Below, one piece after another: positions 35,605 to 44,038 of a DNA stretch of 64,000 bases. The position numbers and the translations under genes were made by a program. The stretch spans positions 1-64,000 of IMG/VR virus record IMGVR_UViG_3300038679_000131, one strand, 5' to 3'. Positions within the stretch are counted from its first letter, which is position 1, and every line of letters starts with the position of its first letter. The notes beneath the pieces were generated by a model, which was given only the letters and a program-made list of their open reading frames with translations, did not search any database and had not been told where the DNA came from. This stretch comes from a virus.

Positions 35605-35670
35605 CTACTGGCTTTGAGATTGAGAGGGTAAAAAGATTAAAAGCGATAGACATATAATCCATTTTTTCAT
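35605..35670 (-). pseudogene. Orphan 21 aa signal-peptide remnant similar to the SLT N-terminus
   Basis: MKKWIICLSLLIFLPSQSQSQ vs MKVINICLLLLTFNPFFAHGQS. Confidence 0.5.
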
Positions 35671-35697
35671 TCGTGCTGGCGGTGGGTGCCAGCCCTA

Positions 35698-35922
35698 CTA
35701 CAGTTGAGAGTTATCATGTTTTTCCTCCTTCGGTAAAGTTACAAAACCTTGTTCTACACCAAGACTTATTACCACATGATGAATATCATAAAGCAGCATC
35801 GCAGTCGCTTTATGAGAGCACATTTGTAATGGTTCATGCCAGATTGCACAAAGTTGCTTTGAACAAGTTTTCCCGAAATTGTTATTAACTGGTGCTGTAT
35901 ATGGGCAACGGATAATAGACAT
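35698..35922 (-). CDS. Small Cys-rich protein
   Basis: 'CP...C...CAIW...C'. Confidence 0.5.
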   Translation of the reverse strand: MSIIRCPYTAPVNNNFGKTCSKQLCAIWHEPLQMCSHKATAMLLYDIHHVVISLGVEQGFVTLPKEEKHDNSQL

Positions 35923-35923
35923 A

Positions 35924-36976
35924 TTATTTCTCCATCATAATTTTTACCATATTTTCAATAGCATTTTTACCTAAATTAGTAAAAAATTGTTGTTGATAAA
36001 AGAAATTATCTTCATTTCTTTCATTCCAGTTTTCCCATCTTTCGATCCTAAGTCTTACCATTTCAACTAATTCTTCATAGGTATCATAACGAAATTCATT
36101 TGCATAAAGTTCTTTATAACTGAGTCTGTTTGGAACAACGGGAACACAGCCACAAAGAACAGATTCAATCATGGCAATTCCGTAAGTTTCTTGCAAGGCA
36201 CAAGATATAGAAATCTTGGATTTATTAAGTACGTTGTAATACTCTTGTTTAGTTTTGCAAATTTCCTTAGTGCTTACTAAAGACCATTTAAAATTACTTT
36301 CAAACTCAGTTCTTAACTTGCTAAAAATTTCTGGTTGTTTTTCTGGATCAAGGCGATGAGGGAAAACAATAATATTTTCTTTATAAGTAGTTGGTTTTAT
36401 AAACTCAGGATAAATAGGTAAACCTGTAACATGAATTTTGTTTGTTAATTCATTGTTATGTCCTTGGTACTCAAAAAAACCTTTTCGTTGATTTAAAATC
36501 AATTCCTTATGAAATTCTGTAGCAACAAATATTCCATCATAGATTCTAAACCAACATCTTTCAAGATGTCCTCCCCAGTTTCTCATTCCTCTCTGAGTGA
36601 TAAAATCGTAAGGGTCATACGTCCCGGCGTGCATTATTGCAAAAATCTTAAATTTTAAGCCTAAAGCATTCCTAATGTAAGCTAACATTTCTATTCCAGG
36701 AAACCAGCCATCGGCTATTAAAAAAGAATCATTGTCTTGGACTTCTCCATTTTCAAACATTCTACAAATTGATTGTAATTGTGTGGATTTATAGTAATTT
36801 GTTCCAATAACATCTAGAAAGGATCCTTGTCTTATCTTATCAGTTAAAGGAACACCTGTTGCTAAAAAAGTATAAGGGATTTTTAATCTTTCAAATTCTG
36901 TTTGAAACCAATTCCACCATTGCATAGAATATCGTTCTTCAAGGGGCTCTATAGGGACAAAGATGATTCTTCTCAT
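35924..36976 (-). CDS. GT-B (GT4-like) glycosyltransferase
   Basis: 'HRLDPEKQP', 'QETYGIAMIES..CG..P..P'. Confidence 0.85.
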   Translation of the reverse strand: MRRIIFVPIEPLEERYSMQWWNWFQTEFERLKIPYTFLATGVPLTDKIRQGSFLDVIGTNYYKSTQLQSICRMFENGEVQDNDSFLIADGWFPGIEMLAYIRNALGLKFKIFAIMHAGTYDPYDFITQRGMRNWGGHLERCWFRIYDGIFVATEFHKELILNQRKGFFEYQGHNNELTNKIHVTGLPIYPEFIKPTTYKENIIVFPHRLDPEKQPEIFSKLRTEFESNFKWSLVSTKEICKTKQEYYNVLNKSKISISCALQETYGIAMIESVLCGCVPVVPNRLSYKELYANEFRYDTYEELVEMVRLRIERWENWNERNEDNFFYQQQFFTNLGKNAIENMVKIMMEK

Positions 36977-37209
36977 GGAACATATCCCCCAGCCTTCCCT
37001 CTTGGCATAGCATTTTTCTTAGGGGTAAATTCCTCAATTTCTTTTTCTATTTCTTTTAAGACAATTTCTTTCAAAGCAGCACGGGCTTTATCCATATCAT
37101 AATCTTCATTTACAAGGACTTCTTCACTGTAATCTACTCTGATGGACTCGAAATTGCCTATATTTAGGGTTCGACCGAGACTATATTTAATTCTGCGTTC
37201 AGAAAACAT
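36973..37209 (-). CDS. Conserved phage hypothetical protein
   Basis: 'RTLNIGNFESIRVD'; RBS AGGAGG. Confidence 0.6.
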   Translation of the reverse strand: MFSERRIKYSLGRTLNIGNFESIRVDYSEEVLVNEDYDMDKARAALKEIVLKEIEKEIEEFTPKKNAMPRGKAGGYVP

Positions 37210-37624
37210 TTTCAATCCTCCTTCTTTTATGAGATTCACTAATTTTCCTTTTATGTTCCTCTGTGAACTTTTTTCCTTTTTTATGGATTCTCTCATGCTT
37301 TATACGAAGAACATAATCTAAATTGGAAAGAAAATTGTTAGTTTTTATTTCATCTTTGTGATGGCCACAATAACCTTTAGGGCATTCTCCTACAAAGGTT
37401 TTTAATACTAATCTATGAATAAGTTTATATTTTCTCTTTACTTCATCGTCTTTTCTTATCATTACAAAAAAATATCCCATATTGTTTAGTACAGGATTTA
37501 AAATCCTACCTGAATAAGTTCCATAACCAGAAGATATCCTTTTGATTCTTCCCATGTTACTTATTGCATAGTTTGAATATCCAGGAATATCTTTCCAAAT
37601 TTCTTCTCTCTTTTTAAGTCTCAT
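37199..37624 (-). CDS. NUMOD4-HNH-NUMOD3 endonuclease
   Basis: 'WKDIPGY', 'IHRLV', 'HHKDE.KTNN..SNL'. Confidence 0.88.
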   Translation of the reverse strand: MRLKKREEIWKDIPGYSNYAISNMGRIKRISSGYGTYSGRILNPVLNNMGYFFVMIRKDDEVKRKYKLIHRLVLKTFVGECPKGYCGHHKDEIKTNNFLSNLDYVLRIKHERIHKKGKKFTEEHKRKISESHKRRRIENVF

Positions 37625-38571
37625 CTATTTTTCCTAATAGAATTAAAAAACAAATTCCAATGTAACAGAACAGGTGATCGTGCTGTGCATTTCATGCATA
37701 AATCAGGTAAATGAATGAATCCTTTACTATGTTGATTCCTTAACTTCTTTACTTTTTCTCCATTCCAAATTTCTTCAAGAGATTGCTCATATAAATTCCC
37801 ATATACATTTCCTTCGTTGTCTCCCCAAGCGAAGCAACAAGAAGAAACATTGCCGTTACTTTGTACTGAAACCGATAGCCAGGGATTTAAACAGATTCCA
37901 ATATTGTTGTTTTCTTCTGGTTTAAGTCTGTCTCCAGAACGATGCAAAATGCAGCAATCAGGAATAGAACGGATATTTATTCTTTTAAAGACGTTTCCCA
38001 TTCTACACATTAGAAAATTTTCAAGAATGGTTTTCTCTTTTTCCCAACCTTTCAATTCAATAAACTGAAAATCAATCGGGATTCTCCTCTCTGCAAAATA
38101 AAAAGCAGTATGGAGTAGCTGTTCTAAGTATGTATCAGGATCATCAAACTTACTTCCTTTGCGAATTTCATTTCTCTTGGTAATAGAATCAACAGAAATA
38201 GTAATATAATCTAAGTCTTTACAAGAATCTAACAGTTTTGGAAATAAGTCTCCGTGTGTGCTTAATCCAACTAATATTCCTTGACTTTTCAGAAGTTCTA
38301 TCATAATAGGAACATCGGGATTAAGAAGGGGCTCACCAGACATCTGAAGTTCTATAAAATAACTTCCTTCTAAGTCTCCTCTCTTTATCATGGTCTTTAG
38401 CAAATCAATGTCAAACATTTTTCTTTTATCTTCACGATGATAATATTTTCTAGGACACATTTTACAATCATGGTCACAATGAGAGGACGCCTCTATTTGA
38501 TAGATTTCAGGCAGTTTTACTTTGAAAGGAGGAGGAAATTTAGGCATTAAAAACCTCTTTTGGTTGTTCAT
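37621..38571 (-). CDS. Radical SAM enzyme with SPASM/twitch domain
   Basis: CxxxCxxC (CDHDCKMC), 'GEPLL', 'C..PW...G.V..CC', 'GNL..SLEEIWN', CxxC. Confidence 0.9.
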   Translation of the reverse strand: MNNQKRFLMPKFPPPFKVKLPEIYQIEASSHCDHDCKMCPRKYYHREDKRKMFDIDLLKTMIKRGDLEGSYFIELQMSGEPLLNPDVPIMIELLKSQGILVGLSTHGDLFPKLLDSCKDLDYITISVDSITKRNEIRKGSKFDDPDTYLEQLLHTAFYFAERRIPIDFQFIELKGWEKEKTILENFLMCRMGNVFKRINIRSIPDCCILHRSGDRLKPEENNNIGICLNPWLSVSVQSNGNVSSCCFAWGDNEGNVYGNLYEQSLEEIWNGEKVKKLRNQHSKGFIHLPDLCMKCTARSPVLLHWNLFFNSIRKNR

Positions 38572-38880
38572 TACCTATAACAGAAATTATAAGTTTTTTA
38601 AGTAAATCTACTGACAGTTCCTCGTCGTCAGAAGCGAGACTGGCTACATAGGCTATAGCTGTGAAGGCTATATTTTCCATATATTTATTAGTTTCCTTCT
38701 CGTTTTTGACCTGGTCTAGCCGGGTGCTGTAGGTCATAAAGATTTGCTCGCTTTTTCCCATCGGTCGGACACACAAGAGGTCCTTTTGGAAGTCCACAAT
38801 GTTTTGCAGTATATGGCAGTCTTAAATAAACACAAAGACCTTCAATTGATTTATCTGGATGGATTTTAAATTGGCAAATC

Positions 38881-39228
38881 TTATTCAAAATAAACCTCAC
38901 TGCCATTTTCTTCATCTTCAAAAACTGAAACCATATAAACTGGAAACATAGGAGTAAGATACATTCCTATCTCTTTAGCAAGCATTTCACATGAGGTACT
39001 TTTTAAATCAAGTGGAAAAAGTTTTAAGTATTCTTCCAGTTCTCTTTTCACTCGGATAAATTCAAGTTCTCTATCATCATGGGAGACTTCAATTTTAAGG
39101 GTGACATGAAAAATATGTCGGTGAGGCCAACGTAAAAAAGAAACGTCATCATGAGGGCATTTATCCCAAGAATGAATACCCTCAAATTGAGACTTGACAA
39201 CTATCAAAGTTTTAAATGGTCTTCTCAT
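38881..39228 (-). CDS. QueD-like T-fold protein, DpdL-type (putative CDG decarboxylase)
   Basis: LxxxHRHxF ('LRWPHRHIF'), 'SCEMLA', 'EDEENG'. Confidence 0.65.
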   Translation of the reverse strand: MRRPFKTLIVVKSQFEGIHSWDKCPHDDVSFLRWPHRHIFHVTLKIEVSHDDRELEFIRVKRELEEYLKLFPLDLKSTSCEMLAKEIGMYLTPMFPVYMVSVFEDEENGSEVYFE

Positions 39229-39229
39229 T

Positions 39230-39793
39230 TTATCTCCGACTATGTGCCAATAATTGAAAAAATTCTTCCCTAGTTGAAGCACTATCCATAAATGCTCCCG
39301 CCATTACTGAAGTTATTACAGGACTTAAACTCTTTACTCCCCTACATCTGATACAGTTGTGTATTCCTTTCACAACAACCGCCACCCCTTTAGCTTTAAT
39401 AATTTTTATGAAAGCATTAGCAATTTGTTGGGTATAGGTTTCTTGCAAAATTGCTTGTTTTGACAATAACTGAGCCAGCCTAATAATTTTTGATAGTCCG
39501 ATTACTTTGTTAAGTTCTTCTCCTGGAATATAAGCAATGGTTGAATCATATTCTACTGGCAATAGGTGATGAGGACAAATCGAATGAGAAATAATATCTG
39601 AAACAAAAATAATTCCTGAATAGTCTGTTGGAAATGCTTTTGAAAAAATCTGGTCTAAACCTTCTTGAATTTTTTGTGGAGACAGAATCATTTCGTCAAA
39701 TGCTTTCCTTACTCTTTCAGGTGTATCTCTGAAATTTGGATCTTTTAAATTGATTCCTAACTTGGCAAGCATACTTGTGATAGCTAATTCCAT
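39230..39793 (-). CDS. folE: GTP cyclohydrolase I
   Basis: 'TPERV', 'CPHHLLP', 'GLSK', 'QE', 'H.C...RG'. Confidence 0.95.
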   Translation of the reverse strand: MELAITSMLAKLGINLKDPNFRDTPERVRKAFDEMILSPQKIQEGLDQIFSKAFPTDYSGIIFVSDIISHSICPHHLLPVEYDSTIAYIPGEELNKVIGLSKIIRLAQLLSKQAILQETYTQQIANAFIKIIKAKGVAVVVKGIHNCIRCRGVKSLSPVITSVMAGAFMDSASTREEFFQLLAHSRR

Positions 39794-40324
39794 TTATTTT
39801 TCCTCTTTCCATCTTCGTTTAGCAGAATCACTCAATTTTTGTTTATGTTCCTCTGAGAAAATCCTTCCTTTACATGATTTACTTATTTTCCTTTTCCATT
39901 CTTCAGTAATAATTCTTCCTTTTAGTGTAATACTCATTTTTTGTTTGGATTCTTTTGAAAGAATCTTTCCTGTTTTATGTTTTGTTATATGTTCTCCATT
40001 ATAAACCCATTCTAAATTAGATAGAAAATTACTTGTTTTTATTTCATTTTTGTGATGACCACAACATCCTTCAGGACAAGGACCTACAAAAGTTTCAAGG
40101 ACTAATCTATGGATTTTACAATTATTTTTTTCTTCTCCATTTTTTCTTAAAACCAAAATGAAGTAACCATTATGATTAATATAAGGTTTTAAAATTTTTC
40201 CTTCTCTTGTTCCTCCTTTTCCACATTTCCAAGGAGTAACTCTTTTCACCCTTCCCCAATCAGATACTTCATAGTCAGTATAAATTGGGTGTATCTTCCA
40301 TATTTCACGTTTTAATCTACCCAT
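39794..40324 (-). CDS. NUMOD4-HNH-NUMOD3 endonuclease
   Basis: 'YEVSDWGRV', 'IHRLV', 'HHKN...N...NLEW'. Confidence 0.88.
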   Translation of the reverse strand: MGRLKREIWKIHPIYTDYEVSDWGRVKRVTPWKCGKGGTREGKILKPYINHNGYFILVLRKNGEEKNNCKIHRLVLETFVGPCPEGCCGHHKNEIKTSNFLSNLEWVYNGEHITKHKTGKILSKESKQKMSITLKGRIITEEWKRKISKSCKGRIFSEEHKQKLSDSAKRRWKEEK

Positions 40325-40342
40325 TTTTTGTCTTTTAAAAAT

Positions 40343-40386
40343 TCAAAAGGCACTTGCGGGAGAGAGAACTTTCAAGTGCCTTTTGA
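40343..40386 (-). terminator. Intrinsic terminator-like hairpin
   Basis: TCAAAAGGCACTTG / CAAGTGCCTTTTGA inverted repeat after the Lys-rich gene. Confidence 0.65.
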
Positions 40387-40420
40387 GGTTGAAGGTTAAT
40401 AAGAAACAGGCTGGGTTCAG

Positions 40421-41182
40421 TTATTGCGCCGCCTCTGCTTCCCCAGCTACAGGAACATCCTTTCCTTCTTCTTCAGTTGGAACAGTTTCAGCCTTCTTGG
40501 CTTTCTTAGCCTTTTTGATTTCTTTATCTTCCTTTTCCAACTTTGCACCCTTTGGAACAGGAACAGGCTTAGGATTAGGAGAAGCTTTAAAAATCTCTAC
40601 AAAAATATCAGAGTAAATCCGACCTGCCCTAATCATACCATAAGCATGATCACCTAACCCCGCATCCACATAAACCTGAGAAAGTTTCTCTTTGATTTCT
40701 TTTTCTTTTTCTTTAACCTGTTCTAGATTCATTTCACCAAAGAGATTACGGCACATTGGTTTCATGCCCACACCACCCAATTTTGGCTTCATAGCCCTTG
40801 CAACTTTCTCTTTCTTGGGCTTTGGTTCTTTCGGAACTTTTTCTTTCTTCACTTTCTCAGCTTTTTCCTTTTTGGGCTTCTTAGCTTTTTTAGGATCAGC
40901 ATCTTCAGGAGAACCAACAATTTTCGCTCCGTCTACTAGAGCGGATTGAATATTAACCAACATATCAGAAAGGGTGTTTTCTTCTTCGGAATCAGGCTCA
41001 ACTTTATCCAGATTAGCTAAGAAATCTTCTTTCATCTGAAGAACAGTTTTACCTTCTACAAACTCAATTCCCCTTTCTGCACAAACAATTAGAAAATCAT
41101 TCCAGGAAACTGCCAATTCTTTAGCAGGTTCAGGAACTTCTTCTCCCATTGCCGCCGCCACTGCGATTTCTGCTTCTGTCAT
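40421..41182 (-). CDS. Lys/Glu-rich, histone-H1-like low-complexity protein
   Basis: KKAKKPKKEK tracts; own promoter, RBS and terminator. Confidence 0.65.
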   Translation of the reverse strand: MTEAEIAVAAAMGEEVPEPAKELAVSWNDFLIVCAERGIEFVEGKTVLQMKEDFLANLDKVEPDSEEENTLSDMLVNIQSALVDGAKIVGSPEDADPKKAKKPKKEKAEKVKKEKVPKEPKPKKEKVARAMKPKLGGVGMKPMCRNLFGEMNLEQVKEKEKEIKEKLSQVYVDAGLGDHAYGMIRAGRIYSDIFVEIFKASPNPKPVPVPKGAKLEKEDKEIKKAKKAKKAETVPTEEEGKDVPVAGEAEAAQ

Positions 41183-41223
41183 GTTGACCTCCTATCATAA
41201 TGTGAGTAATTCTTATCTATCAC

Positions 41224-41250
41224 ATTATACGACAATGGACGATTTTTAGA
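41224..41250 (-). promoter_or_regulatory. Phage-specific promoter copy 2
   Basis: TCTAAAA-N11-TCGTATAAT. Confidence 0.75.
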
Positions 41251-41270
41251 GTCCTAAAAATTAAATTATT

Positions 41271-41996
41271 TTAATTTTTTATTTCTAAAGTTCCTGAAGG
41301 GTCTAACCATAATTTATGGAGTTGATAATTAATAATACAATTACCTAAGATTTCACTGTCAGAGCGCAAAAGAGCATCTGCTAAATCCTTTATATCAAAT
41401 TTTCCCCAACAAGGGGAATAAGCAAAACGAGCCCCACAATCAGTATTATCTTGAATAGTTCTTTGAATTTCAAAGGCAAATTTTAGATCATTTTCATTTT
41501 GGATAACAAATTTAATAAAATCCCTTCCACTAAGATTTTTAAACGATTCAATCGGCATCATATATTCTTCCATTCCAGAAGAAGGAAGCTTATAATCCAC
41601 AACCCAACTATCAACATAAGCTTGAATGTTATTTAAGTTTAGTGGACAAACTAATGGCATACTGCCATTAGTTTCAACAGAAATATTCCAATCCTCTTCA
41701 CCAAGAGTCTCAACTAATTTCCAAAACTCAAAATATTGTAAAAGGGGTTCACCACCAGTAATAGTTACTTTTTTAAACTTAGCTTCACTTAAATACCTTT
41801 TTTCATATCCTTTTACCCGATTAAGAACTTCTAAAACAGAAACAGATTCTCCTGATTGAAGACTATTCCATTGTTTCGTGTCACAATAGAAACATCGGAG
41901 GTTACAACCAGCAAAACGAATAAACACAGAAGGAGTTCCTTGACCAAAGAAATTCACTTCTCCGTCGAATCCCATGAACATTTCAGCGAGTCTCAT
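41271..41996 (-). CDS. queE: 7-carboxy-7-deazaguanine synthase
   Basis: 'G.PSVFIRFAGCNLRCFYCDT', 'TGGEPLLQ', 'ETNG', 'QLHK'. Confidence 0.92.
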   Translation of the reverse strand: MRLAEMFMGFDGEVNFFGQGTPSVFIRFAGCNLRCFYCDTKQWNSLQSGESVSVLEVLNRVKGYEKRYLSEAKFKKVTITGGEPLLQYFEFWKLVETLGEEDWNISVETNGSMPLVCPLNLNNIQAYVDSWVVDYKLPSSGMEEYMMPIESFKNLSGRDFIKFVIQNENDLKFAFEIQRTIQDNTDCGARFAYSPCWGKFDIKDLADALLRSDSEILGNCIINYQLHKLWLDPSGTLEIKN

Positions 41997-42008
41997 TCAC
42001 TCCTCCTA

Positions 42009-42266
42009 TTAACTTAGAATTACCCATCCTTTTTTAAGTCCATATATTGGACCAAAAAGAATATAATTAATTTTCATATTCTTTTCTCTACCAGTATAGA
42101 TAAGGGGTTTTCCATTTTTCATTTCTTCACCAGAATACTCAGTTTCTTGAAGTATAATTGAATCTCCTACTTGAAAGTTACGATCATTTAACCTTAATTC
42201 ATAAGGTTTATCTCCAATATAAGAAGCAATAAATACATCTTTGTCTGTCTTTAAAGTATGAACCAT
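42009..42266 (-). CDS. DUF3850/ASCH-like protein
   Basis: 'HTLK...K.YELR.NDRNFQVGD...YTGR'. Confidence 0.75.
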   Translation of the reverse strand: MVHTLKTDKDVFIASYIGDKPYELRLNDRNFQVGDSIILQETEYSGEEMKNGKPLIYTGREKNMKINYILFGPIYGLKKGWVILS

Positions 42267-42267
42267 T

Positions 42268-42639
42268 TTAGTTTCTCCTCCATTCTGCAAAAGAATTTTC
42301 AGTTTCATGTAATTTAATCCTACTAAGAATACAATTATGACTAAAAAACTTTCCTTTTAAAAGTACAGCAAAATGACGGACAAGATTCTCAGCAGTAGGT
42401 TCAAAATCAGGAAACACATGATTTAAAACTGTATGGTCAACCTTATTGATAATTTCTGTCTGAATAATTTTTTTCAAATCTGAAAAATCAATAATCATAT
42501 CACCTTGAAAAGTATCAGTTGCTTTAACTTCTATTTCAAGTTCAAACCGATGGCCATGCATATTCGCACATTTTCCAGGATGATATGTTAAATAATGACT
42601 TGCTTCAAACGTAAACCGTTTACAGACTGTGAGTGACAT
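42268..42639 (-). CDS. queD: 6-carboxytetrahydropterin synthase
   Basis: 'FEASH', 'CANMHGH', 'DF..LK', 'PTAEN', 'ET'. Confidence 0.93.
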   Translation of the reverse strand: MSLTVCKRFTFEASHYLTYHPGKCANMHGHRFELEIEVKATDTFQGDMIIDFSDLKKIIQTEIINKVDHTVLNHVFPDFEPTAENLVRHFAVLLKGKFFSHNCILSRIKLHETENSFAEWRRN

Positions 42640-42859
42640 GATTTCTTTTCCCATTTTTCCCGAATTTTGAAAACGCAATCCCACCTTTAGCTTTCATTTT
42701 AATTTCTAATTCAACTATCTTCCTTTGCAAAGTAGATCGTCCTACCCCTAACTTTTCAGAAATTTCATCTATTGTTAAGTTCTCTTCCCAGTGCATTTTT
42801 GAAATCATTTCTTTGACTGAACCGTATCCGTTGTGGAGTAAATTTTCCCAATATATCAT
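42620..42859 (-). CDS. HTH protein
   Basis: 'LTIDEISEKLGVGRSTL'. Confidence 0.7.
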   Translation of the reverse strand: MIYWENLLHNGYGSVKEMISKMHWEENLTIDEISEKLGVGRSTLQRKIVELEIKMKAKGGIAFSKFGKNGKRNHVTHSL

Positions 42860-43329
42860 TCTTCTACCCTCCTTTTTGGAATCTCAACGGGAAGTGGGCA
42901 AATCGTAACCATTTCAGGATTACCGGGGATAGTATCTTTATGCTTATTGCTAAGGCCGAAACCAGCTAACAAACCTTTTCCTTCACACGACATAATAGTA
43001 TTATACACAAATTTTATTAATTTTTCCCTATCTTTTGGAATGAACTTTGAACTTTTTGTAGTCCATGCCCTAAACCTAGTAAATCTTGCGTTTACTTCTC
43101 CTGAAACAGATGAATTAACTTCTTTCAATTCTTTCTTAACCTGCTCTCCAAAATCATTAATCATAACAAATGAACCTGTAACAAACCCTCTCAGAGCTTC
43201 AGCAGACCAGTACATAATGTCCGGAACAGAGCAAAATATATTTTGTAAAATCTCCTTCGGGTCACAAGTATAAACTGGTTCGTTGTTGATAATAAAACGA
43301 GTTCGTAATACTTTGTCCAGTCTTATCAA
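42856..43329 (-). CDS. Hypothetical protein
   Basis: RBS AGGAGG; TTG start. Confidence 0.55.
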   Translation of the reverse strand: MIRLDKVLRTRFIINNEPVYTCDPKEILQNIFCSVPDIMYWSAEALRGFVTGSFVMINDFGEQVKKELKEVNSSVSGEVNARFTRFRAWTTKSSKFIPKDREKLIKFVYNTIMSCEGKGLLAGFGLSNKHKDTIPGNPEMVTICPLPVEIPKRRVEE

Positions 43330-43370
43330 GTAATTGTCCCTCCTTAAGTAAAAATCAGTTTTATTTTTTA

Positions 43371-43577
43371 TTACCTAGACCCAGACCCAGACCCAGACCT
43401 AGACCTAGACCAAGACCAAGACCAAGACCCAGACACAGACCAATACCCAGACCTAGACCCAGACCTAGACCTAGACCAAGACCAAGACCCAGACCCAGAC
43501 CCAGACCAAGACCAAGACCCAGACCTAGACTTAGACCCTGCAGAATCAAGCCCAATTCTCAAAGTGGTGGCGTTCAT
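43371..43577 (-). CDS. Ser-(Gly/Arg/Trp) dipeptide-repeat protein
   Basis: ATGA overlap with the upstream gene; TCT-NGG hexamer repeat. Confidence 0.55.
   Translation of the reverse strand: MNATTLRIGLDSAGSKSRSGSWSWSGSGSGSWSWSRSRSGSRSGYWSVSGSWSWSWSRSRSGSGSGSR
43374..43538 (-). repeat. Degenerate hexamer tandem repeat (AGACCN on +)
   Basis: Roughly 27 units seen directly. Confidence 0.9.
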
Positions 43578-43903
43578 TTTTGATCTCGCGGGGTCACAGA
43601 AATTTGGATTGCATCAATAACTGCGCCTCTGCCAACTATTACCTGTCCATCTGGAAACGGTTCAACCTCATTGAATTTACCTGTTTTAATTGCATCAGCA
43701 AAGCGCCCGGTGTCAGCAATCCAAGCGGCATCTTCTAAGACTAACTCTTGTGAGGTAACGGCTACTAATCGTCCGGTTTGAATCATAGTTACGGTGCGAA
43801 TAAGATAGGCTTTACCGATAACCCAAGGTGAATTCTGGGAGCATTTAAGGAACATTTGAGACAATTCTTTTGCTTCACCAATAGTTAAATCATTTATATT
43901 CAT
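43574..43903 (-). CDS. Sm-like (DUF6948-type) phage protein
   Basis: 'IGKAYLIRTVT...GRL...LEDAAWI'. Confidence 0.6.
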   Translation of the reverse strand: MNINDLTIGEAKELSQMFLKCSQNSPWVIGKAYLIRTVTMIQTGRLVAVTSQELVLEDAAWIADTGRFADAIKTGKFNEVEPFPDGQVIVGRGAVIDAIQISVTPRDQK

Positions 43904-43923
43904 AAATCCTCCTTTCTATTTGT

Positions 43924-43950
43924 ATTATACGACACTCAAGACTTTTTAGA
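43924..43950 (-). promoter_or_regulatory. Phage-specific promoter copy 3
   Basis: TCTAAAA-N11-TCGTATAAT. Confidence 0.75.
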
Positions 43951-44038
43951 TTGACAAAATGCAGTTCTCAGAGTTTTTTATTTATGCCGTACAGCGATGG
44001 GAAATGCCTCTTGGCCGTTTTAAAATTTGAAATGAATA

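Noticed and set aside
34655-35700. Group I intron around the GIY-YIG gene
   Set aside because: Flanks are too short for a ribozyme core, and the SLT has its own complete N-terminus.
43361-43555. Poly-(Gly-Leu) ORF
   Set aside because: Alternative frame of the hexamer repeat; the Ser-X frame has the coupled ATG.
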